Source: Scyliorhinus canicula (lineage: Eukaryota). From it: a DNA stretch of 64,000 nt. Below, one piece after another: positions 1 through 10,084 of the stretch. Below the pieces are notes generated by a model. The model worked only from the letters and a program-made list of their open reading frames with translations. It searched no databases and was not told where the DNA came from. Position 1 is the stretch's first letter. Every line of letters begins with the position of its first letter. The position numbers and the translations under genes are program-made. The DNA lies in assembly GCF_902713615.1 (NCBI RefSeq), contig NC_052160.1, positions 137,558,737 to 137,622,736 on the forward strand. The letters are read 5' to 3'.

Positions 1-302
1 CAATAACTACAGAACTGAACAGTTAACTGACATTACATCAAATCCTACATCTGACTGTAGTTATGAAAAAGCAACAAGTATAGTGTCAAATACACAATCA
101 ACCAGAGGCTGAGAATGAGCTGGGTATTCATAATTTATTATCCAGGAATCCCGAGACCGACAAAGATTCTTCATCATTGAATCTGATCACTTCAGCAGAC
201 TGAATAAACTGGAGGATGGTGTGTAATGTTAGAGAGATGATTTTTCTGCAGCGGGAGATAATGAATTGCATTATGAACGGTTTGAAAGTAATTGCTGATT
301 TA

Positions 303-530
303 GGGGCAGCACGGTGGTGCAGTGGTTAGCACTGTTGCCCCTCGCCGTCGAGGACCCGGGTTCGTACCCGGCCCCGGATCACTGTCTGTGTGGAATTTAC
401 ACATTCTCCCCGTGGCTGCGTGGGTCTCACCCCCAACAACCCAATAATGTGCAGGATAGGTGGATTGCCCGCGCTAAATTGGAAAATAAAGAGAATTGGG
501 TACTCTAAATTTAAAACAAAAACAAAGAAA
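303..530 (+). mobile_element. tRNA-derived V-SINE (HE1-like), short-tail subfamily
   Basis: A-box/B-box-like head (GGTGCAGTGGTTAGC...GGTTCGTACCC), V-core GGTGGATTG..GCTAAATTG, tail AATTGGGTACTCTAAATTT plus A-rich end. Confidence 0.85.
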
Positions 531-1024
531 CTTTGTTCCCAGATACGTAAACAAAGCTAAAGTCTGCAACTGTGCAAATCCTTTTTGTTTTATCAATCTT
601 GAAGCAGAACTGTACACGAATTTAAAGTGATATGTTTAGAAATGTCTTGTATAATAACTTCTGACTTTTGAAGTAGGATAACTAAATTCAACATACTTAG
701 GAATCCATAAACAATGTAGCTGATGTATTTACTGTGGTACTAATGGGACACTAACCCACAATATTTTAATTTACATTTGTAGTTGAAGAATTGTTAATTC
801 CCAGATCCCTGTTACTTTGTCACCTGTGTAGAATTACTTTATTGCATGTTGAAATTACTGTACTCTTCTTGCAAAATGGCATTAAAACTTCACAAATACT
901 TGATTTGACTATGTAGTTTTAGTTTGATCATCCAAAAGTACCATTCAAACCCACAACTTCCACAATCTTGAAGAATAAGGGCAACAGATGTTTGGGAAAC
1001 CTTTGCAAGTTTCCCTTTAAGCAA

Positions 1025-1246
1025 GGGCGGCACAGTGGTTAGCATTGCTGCCTCACGGCGCCGAGGATCCGGTTTCGATCCCGGCCCTGGGTCACTGTCC
1101 ATGTGGAGTTTGCATATTCTCTCCGTGTCTGTGTGGGTCTCACCCCCACAACCCAAAGATGCGCAGGGTAGGTGGATTGGCCACGCTAAATTGCCCCTTA
1201 ATTGGGAAAAACAATGAATTGGGTACTTAAAATTTCTTTTTTTTTT
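1025..1246 (+). mobile_element. V-SINE, short-tail subfamily, inserted in a CR1 3' fragment
   Basis: Same head/core/tail as 303; flanked by imperfect TSD AAGTT(T/C)CCCTT(T/C)AAGC at 1007-1022 and 1247-1262. Confidence 0.85.
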
Positions 1247-1410
1247 AAGTTCCCCTTCAAGCCACACACCATCCTGACTTGGAACTACATCGACGTTCCT
1301 TCACTGTGACTGGGTCAAAATTCTGAAACTCCCTCCCTAACAGCACTGTGGCTGTACCTGCACCATATGGACTGCAGCGGTTCAAGAAGGCAGCTCACCA
1401 CCACCTTCTC
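1247..1410 (+). mobile_element. CR1-type LINE 3' fragment
   Basis: AACTCCCTCCCTAACAGCACTGTGG...GGTTCAAGAAGGCAGCTCACCACCACCTTCTC motif recurs near 60200-60300 and 63840-63920. Confidence 0.7.
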
Positions 1411-1627
1411 ATTCCACAGAAAGGAAAAAGGAAGGCTTGCATTTAAATAGCACCTTTCACAACCTCCGGGCTACCACAAATGCATTACAATTAAGTATTT
1501 TGAAGTGAAGTCACTTTGTCACATGGGAAATGCACAGCCACAAGCAGAAGTGAAATCAGGCCTGATCATTTGTTTTGAAAACAGAATACTCAACAAATTA
1601 GGCAGAATCTGTCGAGGGAGCATCAGT

Positions 1628-1819
1628 GGCTGGAATTCTCCGGCCGTTGCAATTCTATTTTCCCGACGGCAGTGTGCTCCCCGCTAGCCGGAATCCTGGC
1701 AGCGTGGAGCAGCTTCAATGGGAAATCCCATTGGCAGGCGTTGGGAATCGAGAATCCCGCTGCCAGCGAAGGGCGCGCTGCTGAGAATCATGCAGCTGCG
1801 GAACCGGAGGATCTAGCCC
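1628..1819. mobile_element. Harbinger-type MITE
   Basis: Ends GGCTGGAATTCTCCGG / CCGGAGGATCTAGCCC form imperfect TIRs; AGT on both flanks; paralogous copy at about 32029-32218. Confidence 0.65.
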
Positions 1820-2485
1820 AGTGTTAACATTTCAGTTTGGTGACATTTATCGGGACCTTTCAATAAACTCATGACGTTGGTTGAGGGGTAAATCTTGGCC
1901 AGTGCATTGTTCTTCAGCTCGTACTGCATTGGGATCTTTGACAAGAAGGAAAACAGGACCTCGCTCCAACTGACCAATTCAAAAGGTTAACCCTGCAACA
2001 GTGCAGCATCCCCTCAGTCCAGCACTCAAGCATCAGCCTAATCTTACGTGATCAAGCCTCTGAAGTGAGATACGAACCCACAACTCTCTGACTCAGAGGC
2101 AGTTGACACAGCAGTAATATATTCCCAGGTACTGGCATAGGAACCCAAGGCTGAATGGGAATTTGGGAGTGTTTACCAATTAACTGCAAAACCCAAGAGA
2201 TCAGTTATGGTCAATGGATATTTTTCAAGCTGGAAGAGGGCTTGTAGTGGAACTCCTCAGGGGTTAGTATAGTATAGATTAATGACCTCGATCTTGATTT
2301 GCAGGGGACAATTTTAAACGTTTGCGGATGACACAAAACTTGGAAACATTGTTAACTGTGAGGTGGCAGCGTAGAACTTGAAAAGGACATTGGCATGTTG
2401 GTGAATTGGGCTGGTAGGTGGCAGGTGAAGTTCAATGCGGAGAAGTGTGAAGTGATGCATTTTGGTAGGAATAACATGTAGACAT

Positions 2486-3294
2486 GGGATGGAATCTTAC
2501 CAGCATTTGGCAAAGTACTGGGCTCAGACAGAAAACTGCTGTGTAATTTCCAGTTGCACAGAATAGTTTTCTCATGCAATCTTGAGCCCCTTAGACAAAA
2601 TGAAAATGAGGGGGTCATGGTTTACGCCATCACTTTGGCCGGGCGGGGCCTAATTGGGCCTGGAATCGGCTGCAAGGAGATCGGGACATCATCTTTAAAA
2701 TGCACCACAAGAGTGCTGCAGTTTAACGGTCTCCAGTCCACATCATGGAGGTCTCGGGATCTCCCCATCTCCCCCTCACCCCCACCACCACTTTGCGTCA
2801 ATCCTGGATGGTGCTCCGCTCCCTCCCTCCACCCACATCCACCGTCAGCATTGAAACCCCTCCGCCAACACCACGGAGGTATAGCTGCCAACCGTACCCC
2901 ACTTCCTATGGGGCTCCCACTAAGCCCTGCCCCTGGAACTGCCCTCTGGCACAGGTTAGCACTACCAGGTCGTCACAGTGTCAATCTGTGCCAGAGGGCA
3001 GTGCATGACCATCCACCCCATTCATGGCTGTGCTTACCGCTGTGCCTAGTCACATCGGCAAGGTACGAATATTCCATGGAGGTGTCATTTGAGCAGGAGG
3101 GGATGCTCTAATAACATTTAAATGCATCCAAATGGTGTTAACATGACGTGAACCTTCGTGATGACACAGTTGAAAGGCAGGAATATCGGAAAAATGCGAC
3201 CTCTCCTGTGAGAATCGCGTTTCCCAATTCTCACAAATGTTTCTACCCATGCTGCCAATCATGCAGATCGCGAATGTAGGCTCAAGATCATGCT
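2486..3294. mobile_element. GC-rich non-autonomous DNA transposon (Harbinger-type, degenerate)
   Basis: Interrupts the collinear CR1; begins GGGATGGAATCTTACC resembling Harbinger-type TIRs; right end degenerate. Confidence 0.5.
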
Positions 3295-3343
3295 CATTAT
3301 ATAAAATGAGGAGTACAATTCTTAAAGGGGTGCAGGACCCAAG

Positions 3344-3581
3344 TGTGGCGCTAACAATTATACTCAAAGACGAGAGACAAGAGAGGCTTTATTGCTGTGC
3401 GATGCTATTCCTCCATCTGCAACTGTAGACTAGGGTCTGAGTGACTCGCACGCATATTTATACACAAGCTCCCTGTGGGCGGAGCTAGCCGGCAGGGGCT
3501 TACCGGAGGAACCTGTATTACAGGTACAGGCATACATCCCCTACTGCAAGTACGCATAACTACAGTGGTTATATCACCACA
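3344..3581 (-). mobile_element. Solo LTR
   Basis: TG...CA ends; minus strand starts TGTGGTGATAT as do the LTRs ending at 20012 and 48035; minus-strand AATAAA; CCAAG/CTAAG near-TSD. Confidence 0.7.
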
Positions 3582-3626
3582 CTAAGGAACTGGGTTTTCT
3601 ATATATATATAAGTCTTTGAAGGTAT

Positions 3627-6614
3627 AAACTAATTCAGCAGGGGCATGGGAACCTGGATTGTAGTTTTGGGGTACGGGAGATTGAGAGTATAGAGGTCAG
3701 GAGCACAGATTTGACTTCGCAGGAGGGTGCCAGTGTTCAGGTAGGTGGTTTGAAGTGTGTCTACTTCAATGCCAGGAGTATACGAAATAAGGTAGGGGAA
3801 CTGGCAGCATGGGTGGGTACCTGGGACTTCGACGTTGTGGCCATTTCAGAGACATGGATAGAGCAGGGACAGGAATGGTTGTTGCAGGTTCCGGGGTTTA
3901 GGTGTTTTAGTAAGCTCAGAGAAGGGGGCAAAAGAGGGGGAGGTGTGGCGCTGCTAGTCAAGGACAGTATTACGGTGGCGGAAAGGATGCTAGATGGAGA
4001 CTCTTCTTCTGAGGTAGTATGGGCTGAGGTTAGAAACAGGAAAGGAGAGGTCACCCTGTTGGGAGTTTTCTATAGGCCACCTAATAGTTCTAGGGATGTA
4101 GAGGAAAGGATGGCGAAGATGATTCTGGAAAAGAGCGAAAGTAACAGGGTAGTTGTTATGGGAGACTTTAACTTTCCAAATATTGACTGGAAAAGATATA
4201 GTTCGAGTACATTAGATGGGTCGTTCTTTGTACAATGTGTGCAGGAGGGTTTCCTGACACAATATGTTGACAGGCCAACAAGAGGCGAGGCCACATTGGA
4301 TTTGGTTTTGGGTAATGAACCAGGCCAGGTGTTAGATCTGGAGGTAGGTGAGCACTTTGGAAACAGTGACCACAATTCGGTGACCTTTACGTTAGTGATG
4401 GAAAGGGATAAGTATACCCCGCAGGGCAAGAGTTATAGCTGGGGGAAGGGCAATTATGATGCCATTAGACATAACTTAGGATGTGTTGGTTGGAGAAGTA
4501 GGCTGCAAGGATTGGGCACACTGGATATGTGGAGCTTGTTCAAGGAACAGCTATTGCATGTTCTTGATAAGTACGTACCAGTCAGGCAGGGAGGAAGGGG
4601 TCGAGCGAGGGAACCGTGGTTTACCAAAGAAGTGGAATCTCTTGTTAAGAGGAAGAAGGAGGCCTATGTGAAGATGAGGCATGAAGTTTCAGTTGGGGCG
4701 CTTGATAGTTACAAGGAAGCGAGGAAGGATCTAAAGAGAGAGCTGAGACGAGCAAGGAGGGGACATGAGAAGTCTTTGGCAGGTAGGATCAAGGAAAACC
4801 CAAAAGCTTTCTATAGGTATGTCAGGAATAAAAGAATGACTAGGATAAGAGTAGGGCCAGTCAAGGACAGTGGTGGGAAGTTGTGTGTGGAGGCTGAAGA
4901 GATAAGCGAGATACTAAATGAATACTTTTCGTCAGTATTCACTCAAGAAAAAGATAATATTGTGGGGGAGAATGCTGAGACCCAGGCTATTAGAATAGAT
5001 GGCATTGAGGTGCGTAGGGAAGAAGTGTTGGCAATTCTGGACAAGGTGAAAATAGATAAGTCCCCGGGGCCGGATGGGATTTATCCTAGGATTCTCTGGG
5101 AAGCCAGGGAAGAGATTGCTGAGCCTTTGGCTTTGATTTTTAGGTCATCATTGGCTACAGGAATAGTGCCAGAGGACTGGAGGATAGCAAATGTGGTCCC
5201 TTTGTTCAAGAAGGGGAGTAGAGATAACCCCGGTAACTATAGGCCGGTGAGCCTAACGTCTGTGGTGGGTAAGGTCTTGGAGAGGATTATAAAAGATACG
5301 ATTTATAATCATCTAGATAGGAATAATATGATTAGGGATAGTCAGCATGGTTTTGTGAAGGGTAGGTCATGCCTCACAAACCTTATCGAGTTCTTTGAGA
5401 AGGTGACTGAACAGGTAGGCGAGGGTAGAGCAGTTGATGTGGTGTATATGGATTTCAGTAAAGCGTTTGATAAGGTTCCCCACGGTCGGCTATTGCAGAA
5501 AATACGGAGGCTGGGGATTGAGGGTGATTTAGAGATGTGGATCAGAAATTGGCTAGTTGAAAGAAGACAGAGAGTGGTAGTTGATGGGAAATGTTCAGAA
5601 TGGAGTTCAGTTACGAGTGGCGTACCACAAGGATCTGTTCTGGGGCCGTTGCTGTTTGTCATTTTTATAAATGACCTAGAGGAGGGCGCAGAAGGATGGG
5701 TGAGTAAATTTGCAGACGACACTAAAGTCGGTGGAGTTGTAGACAGTGCGGAAGGATGTTGCAGGTTACAGAGGGACATAGATAAGCTGCAGAGCTGGGC
5801 TGAGAGGTGGCAAATGGAGTTTAATGTGGAGAAGTGTGAGGTGATTCACTTTGGAAAGAATAACAGGAATGCAGAATATTTGGCTAATGGTAAAATTCTT
5901 AGTAGTGTGGATGAGCAGAGGGATCTCGGTGTCCATGTACATAGATCCCTGAAAGTTGCCACCCAGGTTGATAGGGTTGTGAAGAAGGCCTATGGTGTGT
6001 TGGCCTTTATTGGTAGAGGGATTGAGTTCCGGAGCCACAAGGTCATGTTGCAGTTGTACAAAACTCTAGTACGGCCGCATTTGGAGTATTGCGTACAGTT
6101 CTGGTCGCCTCATTATAGGAAGGACGTGGAAGCTTTGGAACGGGTGCAGAGGAGATTTACCAGGATGTTGCCTGGTATGGAGGGAAAATCTTATGAGGAA
6201 AGGCTGATGGACTTGAGGTTGTTTTCGTTAGAGAGAAGAAGGTTAAGAGGTGACTTAATAGAGGCATACAAAATGATCAGAGGGTTAGATAAGGTGGACA
6301 GCGAGAGCCTTCTCCCGCGGATGGGGGTGGCTAGCATGAGGGGACATAGCCTTAAATTGAGGGGTAATAGATATAGGACAGAGGTCAGAGGTGGGTTTTT
6401 TACGCAAAGAGTGGTGAGGCCGTGGAATGCCCTACCTGCAACAGTAGTGAACTCGCCAACATTGAGGGCATTTAAAAGTTTATTGGATAAGCATATGGAT
6501 GATAAGGGCATAGTGTAGGTTAGACGGCCTTTAGTTTTTTTTTTCCATGTCGGTGCAACATCGAGGGCCGAAGGGCCTGTACTGCGCTGTATCGTTCTAT
6601 GTTCTATGTTCTAT
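3627..6614 (+). mobile_element. Young 5'-truncated CR1 (HER1-like) LINE
   Basis: Uninterrupted ORF2, 3' tail GAGGGCCGAAGGGCCTGTACTGCGCTGTATC(GTTCTAT)3, 4-bp TSD GTAT at 3623-3626 and 6615-6618. Confidence 0.95.
3711..6518 (+). CDS. CR1 LINE ORF2: APE endonuclease + reverse transcriptase, 935 aa
   Basis: Endonuclease motifs YFNARS, ISETW, YRPP, GDFN, SDHN; RT motifs QHGF, DFSKAFDKV, GVPQGSVLGPLLF, FADDT. Confidence 0.95.
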   Translation: MTSQEGASVQVGGLKCVYFNARSIRNKVGELAAWVGTWDFDVVAISETWIEQGQEWLLQVPGFRCFSKLREGGKRGGGVALLVKDSITVAERMLDGDSSSEVVWAEVRNRKGEVTLLGVFYRPPNSSRDVEERMAKMILEKSESNRVVVMGDFNFPNIDWKRYSSSTLDGSFFVQCVQEGFLTQYVDRPTRGEATLDLVLGNEPGQVLDLEVGEHFGNSDHNSVTFTLVMERDKYTPQGKSYSWGKGNYDAIRHNLGCVGWRSRLQGLGTLDMWSLFKEQLLHVLDKYVPVRQGGRGRAREPWFTKEVESLVKRKKEAYVKMRHEVSVGALDSYKEARKDLKRELRRARRGHEKSLAGRIKENPKAFYRYVRNKRMTRIRVGPVKDSGGKLCVEAEEISEILNEYFSSVFTQEKDNIVGENAETQAIRIDGIEVRREEVLAILDKVKIDKSPGPDGIYPRILWEAREEIAEPLALIFRSSLATGIVPEDWRIANVVPLFKKGSRDNPGNYRPVSLTSVVGKVLERIIKDTIYNHLDRNNMIRDSQHGFVKGRSCLTNLIEFFEKVTEQVGEGRAVDVVYMDFSKAFDKVPHGRLLQKIRRLGIEGDLEMWIRNWLVERRQRVVVDGKCSEWSSVTSGVPQGSVLGPLLFVIFINDLEEGAEGWVSKFADDTKVGGVVDSAEGCCRLQRDIDKLQSWAERWQMEFNVEKCEVIHFGKNNRNAEYLANGKILSSVDEQRDLGVHVHRSLKVATQVDRVVKKAYGVLAFIGRGIEFRSHKVMLQLYKTLVRPHLEYCVQFWSPHYRKDVEALERVQRRFTRMLPGMEGKSYEERLMDLRLFSLERRRLRGDLIEAYKMIRGLDKVDSESLLPRMGVASMRGHSLKLRGNRYRTEVRGGFFTQRVVRPWNALPATVVNSPTLRAFKSLLDKHMDDKGIV

Positions 6615-6675
6615 GTATCAGGACAGGTGGAGAGCAGTTAATAAACCATTCTGTATTCTGGACTTTATTAATAGG

Positions 6676-7238
6676 TATGTTCCAGAAACATATATATAGA
6701 CAAATTCAAAGATGCCAGACAATGCTTAGAATGTGAGCATTTGCAGGTAATCAAGTCTTTCCAGATCCAGAGATAGGGGTAACCCCAGGTTAAAGAGGTG
6801 TGAATTGTCTCAAGCCAGGACAGTTGGTAGGATTTTGCAAGTCCAGGCCAGATGGTGGGGGATGAATGTAATGCGACATGAATCCCAGGTCCCGTTTGAG
6901 GCCGCACTCGTGTGTGCGGAACTTGGCTATAGGTTTCTGCTCGCCGATTCTGCATTGTTGCGCGTCCTGAAGGCCGCCTTGGAGAACGCTTACCCGGAGA
7001 TCAGAGGCTGAATGCCCTTGACTGCTGAAGTGTTCCCTGACTGGATGCATTCTAAGCATTGTCTGGCATCTTTGAATTTGTCCATATATATGTTTCTGGA
7101 ACATACCTCTTCATTCACCTGAGGAAGGAGCAGTGCTCCGAAAGCTAGTGTTTGAAACAAAGCTGTTGGACTTTAACCTGGTGTTGTCAGACTTCTTACT
7201 GTGCTCACCCCAGTCCAACGCCGGCATCTCCACATCAT
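6676..7238 (+). mobile_element. Penelope-like element fragment with inverted 5' part (GIY-YIG endonuclease C-terminus on minus strand, tail on plus)
   Basis: Minus-strand translation PVREHFSSQGHSASDLRVSVLQGG...EQKPIAKFRTHECGLKRD is typical of the Penelope GIY-YIG C-terminus; 13-bp TSD CTTTATTAATAGG at 6663-6675 and 7239-7251. Confidence 0.85.
7114..7151 (+). ncRNA. Minimal type I hammerhead ribozyme in Penelope tail
   Basis: CAC-CTGAGGA-A-GGAGC[AGT]GCTCC-GAAA-GCT-A-GTG: core CUGANGA and GAAA, 5-bp stem II, palindromic AGCT stem III, CUA cleavage triplet, CAC/GTG stem I. Confidence 0.75.
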
Positions 7239-8162
7239 CTTTATTAATAGGGGTATAGAGTACAAGAGCAAGGAGGTTATGCTGAACTTACACAAGATAC
7301 CAGTTAGACTTCAGCTGGAACATTGTGTACAGTTCTGGGTGCTGCCAATAGGAAGGATGTGAACGCATTGGAGCGAGTGCAGAAGAGGTTTACAAGAACT
7401 GTTCGAGGATGAGAAACTTCAGTTATGGGGATAGATTGGAGAGGTCGGGACTGTTCTCCCTGGAGAGACAAAGGCTAAGAGGAGATTTAATAGAGATGTT
7501 CAAAATGATGAGGGGGCGGGGCAGAGAAGGCAGGGAGAAACTGTTCAAGCAGCAAATGTGATGTGAGAAAAAAAATTCACACAGCGAGTGAGACAGGTCT
7601 GCACACTGCCTGGAAACCTGGTGGAGGCAGGTTCAATCATTCAAGAGGGTCATAGATGATTATTTGAATAGAAACAATGTGCATGGATATGGGGAAAAGG
7701 CAGGGGTATGGTATTAAGTCACAATGCGCATTTGGGAGAGCCGGTGTCAACACAATGAGCTGAATGGCCTCCTTCTGAGATTCTGTGATCTGCAATCTTA
7801 AATTTAAATCACTTGGCATTTTGGTGATCAAAGCACATGCGCAGACGGAGATATATCAGCTCAGCCTCCAAATATGCCAGTAACTCATGCAGGCTAAATT
7901 TCTTTCAATTCTTAAAAGCAAAAATGTCTCAAGTGCTAATCTTGTCACAAATCCAGTCTGTTCAACAGAACTTTAGAGTCGTGCATTCGATACATGTAAC
8001 AGTGATCCTGATTCAATGCGAGGACTGAATCCCGCTGAGATTGGATTTTTGTAACATGGGCAAGAGATATAAATGAGCAAATATTTAGAATATCACCTGA
8101 TGCGACAAAGTCTCAAACAGCTAAAAACATGGAGTGACATTTGCAGCATTACCTTGAGTAAC

Positions 8163-8264
8163 AGATAACCTCGCAATAGCCTTTGCGCAACTGATGGCAA
8201 ACATTTCATTATTGCCAAGTCCGTGAATTCTAGCTGGTGGGTAGGAAAGAGATCACAGTTCCTG
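8163..8264 (+). promoter_or_regulatory. Putative gene 1 proximal promoter motifs (GATA, C/EBP, ETS)
   Basis: AGATAA 8163-8168, C/EBP palindrome TTGCGCAA 8183-8190, GTTCCTG 8258-8264, all within 160 bp of the ATG; TATAAA at 8068-8073. Confidence 0.45.
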
Positions 8265-8318
8265 GCTGCACAAAGCGCCATTCTGTCCGCAATATCGGCT
8301 GGTTACTTTTTGCTGAAC

Positions 8319-8367
8319 ATGAAAAACATTGAATTCACTATCGTCCTTGTCGCTCTTTGGTTACCAG
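8319..8367 (+). CDS. Gene 1 exon 1: signal peptide of CD300/pIgR-like receptor
   Basis: ATG...MKNIEFTIVLVALWLP(G), donor G|GTAAGG, phase 1 matches V1 acceptor giving ...LWLPGSDG/VVGPREV. Confidence 0.85.
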
Positions 8368-8611
8368 GTAAGGAAGCAAATAGAATGAGCCCACGTTGGA
8401 GAGATATCACTTTGCTAACTTTCTTTCTAGCTGCTTAAAAAAAAAATCTACTTTTATTTCACAGACTCGACTGTGGCCTGCCAGCCCTTAACTGTATAAT
8501 GCATGTGCCCAGAAAGCCGGGTGAAGTTTGATTTTCACAATGCAATGTATGATTAAATTCTGTAGATTTAACGAATCGTGTGCACATTTTCGATATGTTC
8601 ATTTGGAAATG

Positions 8612-9039
8612 GGGGACGCGATTCAGCCACTGCCTGGTGCACTGCCAGGGTGCCAGGTTGGCAGTGTTAGGCTGTCTGGGTGCCATGTTGGCACTGCTGG
8701 GGGTCAGGCCCGGGGTGGTGGGGGTGGTGGGGGGGGGGGTCCTTGTCAATGGGAGGTGGGGTGAGTGGGGGTGAGGGTTTCCAGGTGCCTCTTCAGGTTT
8801 GGCAGCATGAATAGGGGGGGGGGTGGCAGAGATTGGGGAGGGGTATGATGCCCCAATCCGTGAACAGCCGCTCCTGCTAGCGAGGTGAGCTGAGCTCGCC
8901 AGTGGCAAATCTCTCCAAGTGCTACCTCAGCCAGGAGAAACTCACCCGGCTAACAAAAACAGCAACGTGGCGTTGAATAGAGGGTTGGTTCTCCGCGACC
9001 CAGGAGCAGACTTAGTTTTAAGCCCGCCGAATCGCGGCC
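8612..9039. mobile_element. Harbinger-type non-autonomous element
   Basis: Ends GGGACGCGATTCAG / CGAATCGCGGCC are imperfect inverted repeats; GC-rich interior similar to 43208-43920. Confidence 0.5.
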
Positions 9040-9343
9040 GACAGCGATATGAGAATATTAATGATTAATAAGTTATGAGAGTCCAGAGCAGTAATGTACA
9101 ACCTGGGCGAGTGAGTGGGCCGCATGAGTGACCCTCCTTCACCTCAGGGGGTCACAAGATTGAAGTTGGTCTTGTTCACTAACCGTGATCCCATGAATAA
9201 GATTCAATACATTTCATACACGCCGAATATTTCATCAGGAGTTATGGAAAATGCTCAATCATTTATATATTAATAGAATTAGCACCAACTTCAAATGGTA
9301 AAAACCGAAGAAATCTTTACACTTTTGACAGAGATCCCAGCTC

Positions 9344-9526
9344 TCATAGATTATCATAGAATTTACAGTGCAGAAGGAGGCCATTCGGCCCATCGAGTCT
9401 GCACCGGCTCTTGGAAAGAGCACCCTACCCAAGGTCAACATCTCCACCCTATCCCCATAACCTAGTAACCCCACCCAACACTAAGGGCAAATTTGTACAC
9501 TAAGGGCAATTTATCATGGCCAATCC
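9344..9526 (-). mobile_element. V-SINE 3' fragment
   Basis: Reverse complement of the tail GATGGGCCGAATGGCCTCCTTCTGCACTGTAAATTCTATGATAATCTATGA. Confidence 0.8.
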
Positions 9527-9881
9527 TCTCACAGTCAATGTTTTGAGCAATCAGCACACACCTCACTTCACTCCCCCTCAGTCACACCGAGAGGAAAAGA
9601 AACTGCGCGATCAGCAAGGTATCTGGCGGCCCGCATTCAGAACCCAGGTGGTCAGCATGTGGCCTCCCCCCCCACCCCAGCCACAGGCTGCCCACCACTG
9701 GTCCAGAGCTGCTCACTCTACTTTAACAAAATCGCCAGTACAATCTTATGAATGTATTCACTATGTATCTGCTGAACATCAAAGGGCTGGATTCTCCGGT
9801 TCCACAACTCGCGACGGTGCGCTGGGATGAGTTCACTGAGTAATCTACTATTTCAAAAAACAGAATACTGTAGAATATGCA

Positions 9882-10084
9882 ACCAAAAGAGAAAATGCTG
9901 GAAAATCTCAGCAGGTCTGGCAGCATCTGTAGGGAGAGAAAAGAGCGAACGTTTCGAGTCCAGATGACCCTTTGTCAAAGCCCACTCATCTGGAAACCTC
10001 CCTACAGATATTCCTGCTGAGATTTTCCAGCATTTTCTCTTTTGCTTTCAGATTCCAGCATCCGCAGTAATTTGCTTTTATCCG
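9882..10084. mobile_element. Short Penelope-tail-derived inverted (hairpin) element
   Basis: CAAAAGAGAAAATGCTGGAAAATCTCAGCAGG and its reverse complement; 14-bp TSD CTGTAGAATATGCA at 9868-9881 and 10085-10098. Confidence 0.75.

Larger units (their letters stand above)
2200..7790 (+). mobile_element. Old CR1 LINE fragment (RT C-terminus to 3' tail) acting as host for four nested insertions
   Basis: Collinear CR1 pieces at about 2200-2485, 3295-3343, 3582-3626, 6615-6675 and 7239-7790 (GCGGATGACACAAAACTTGG...TTCAATGCGGAGAAGTGTGAAGTGATGCATTTTGG...GAATGGCCTCCTTCTG). Confidence 0.8.
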
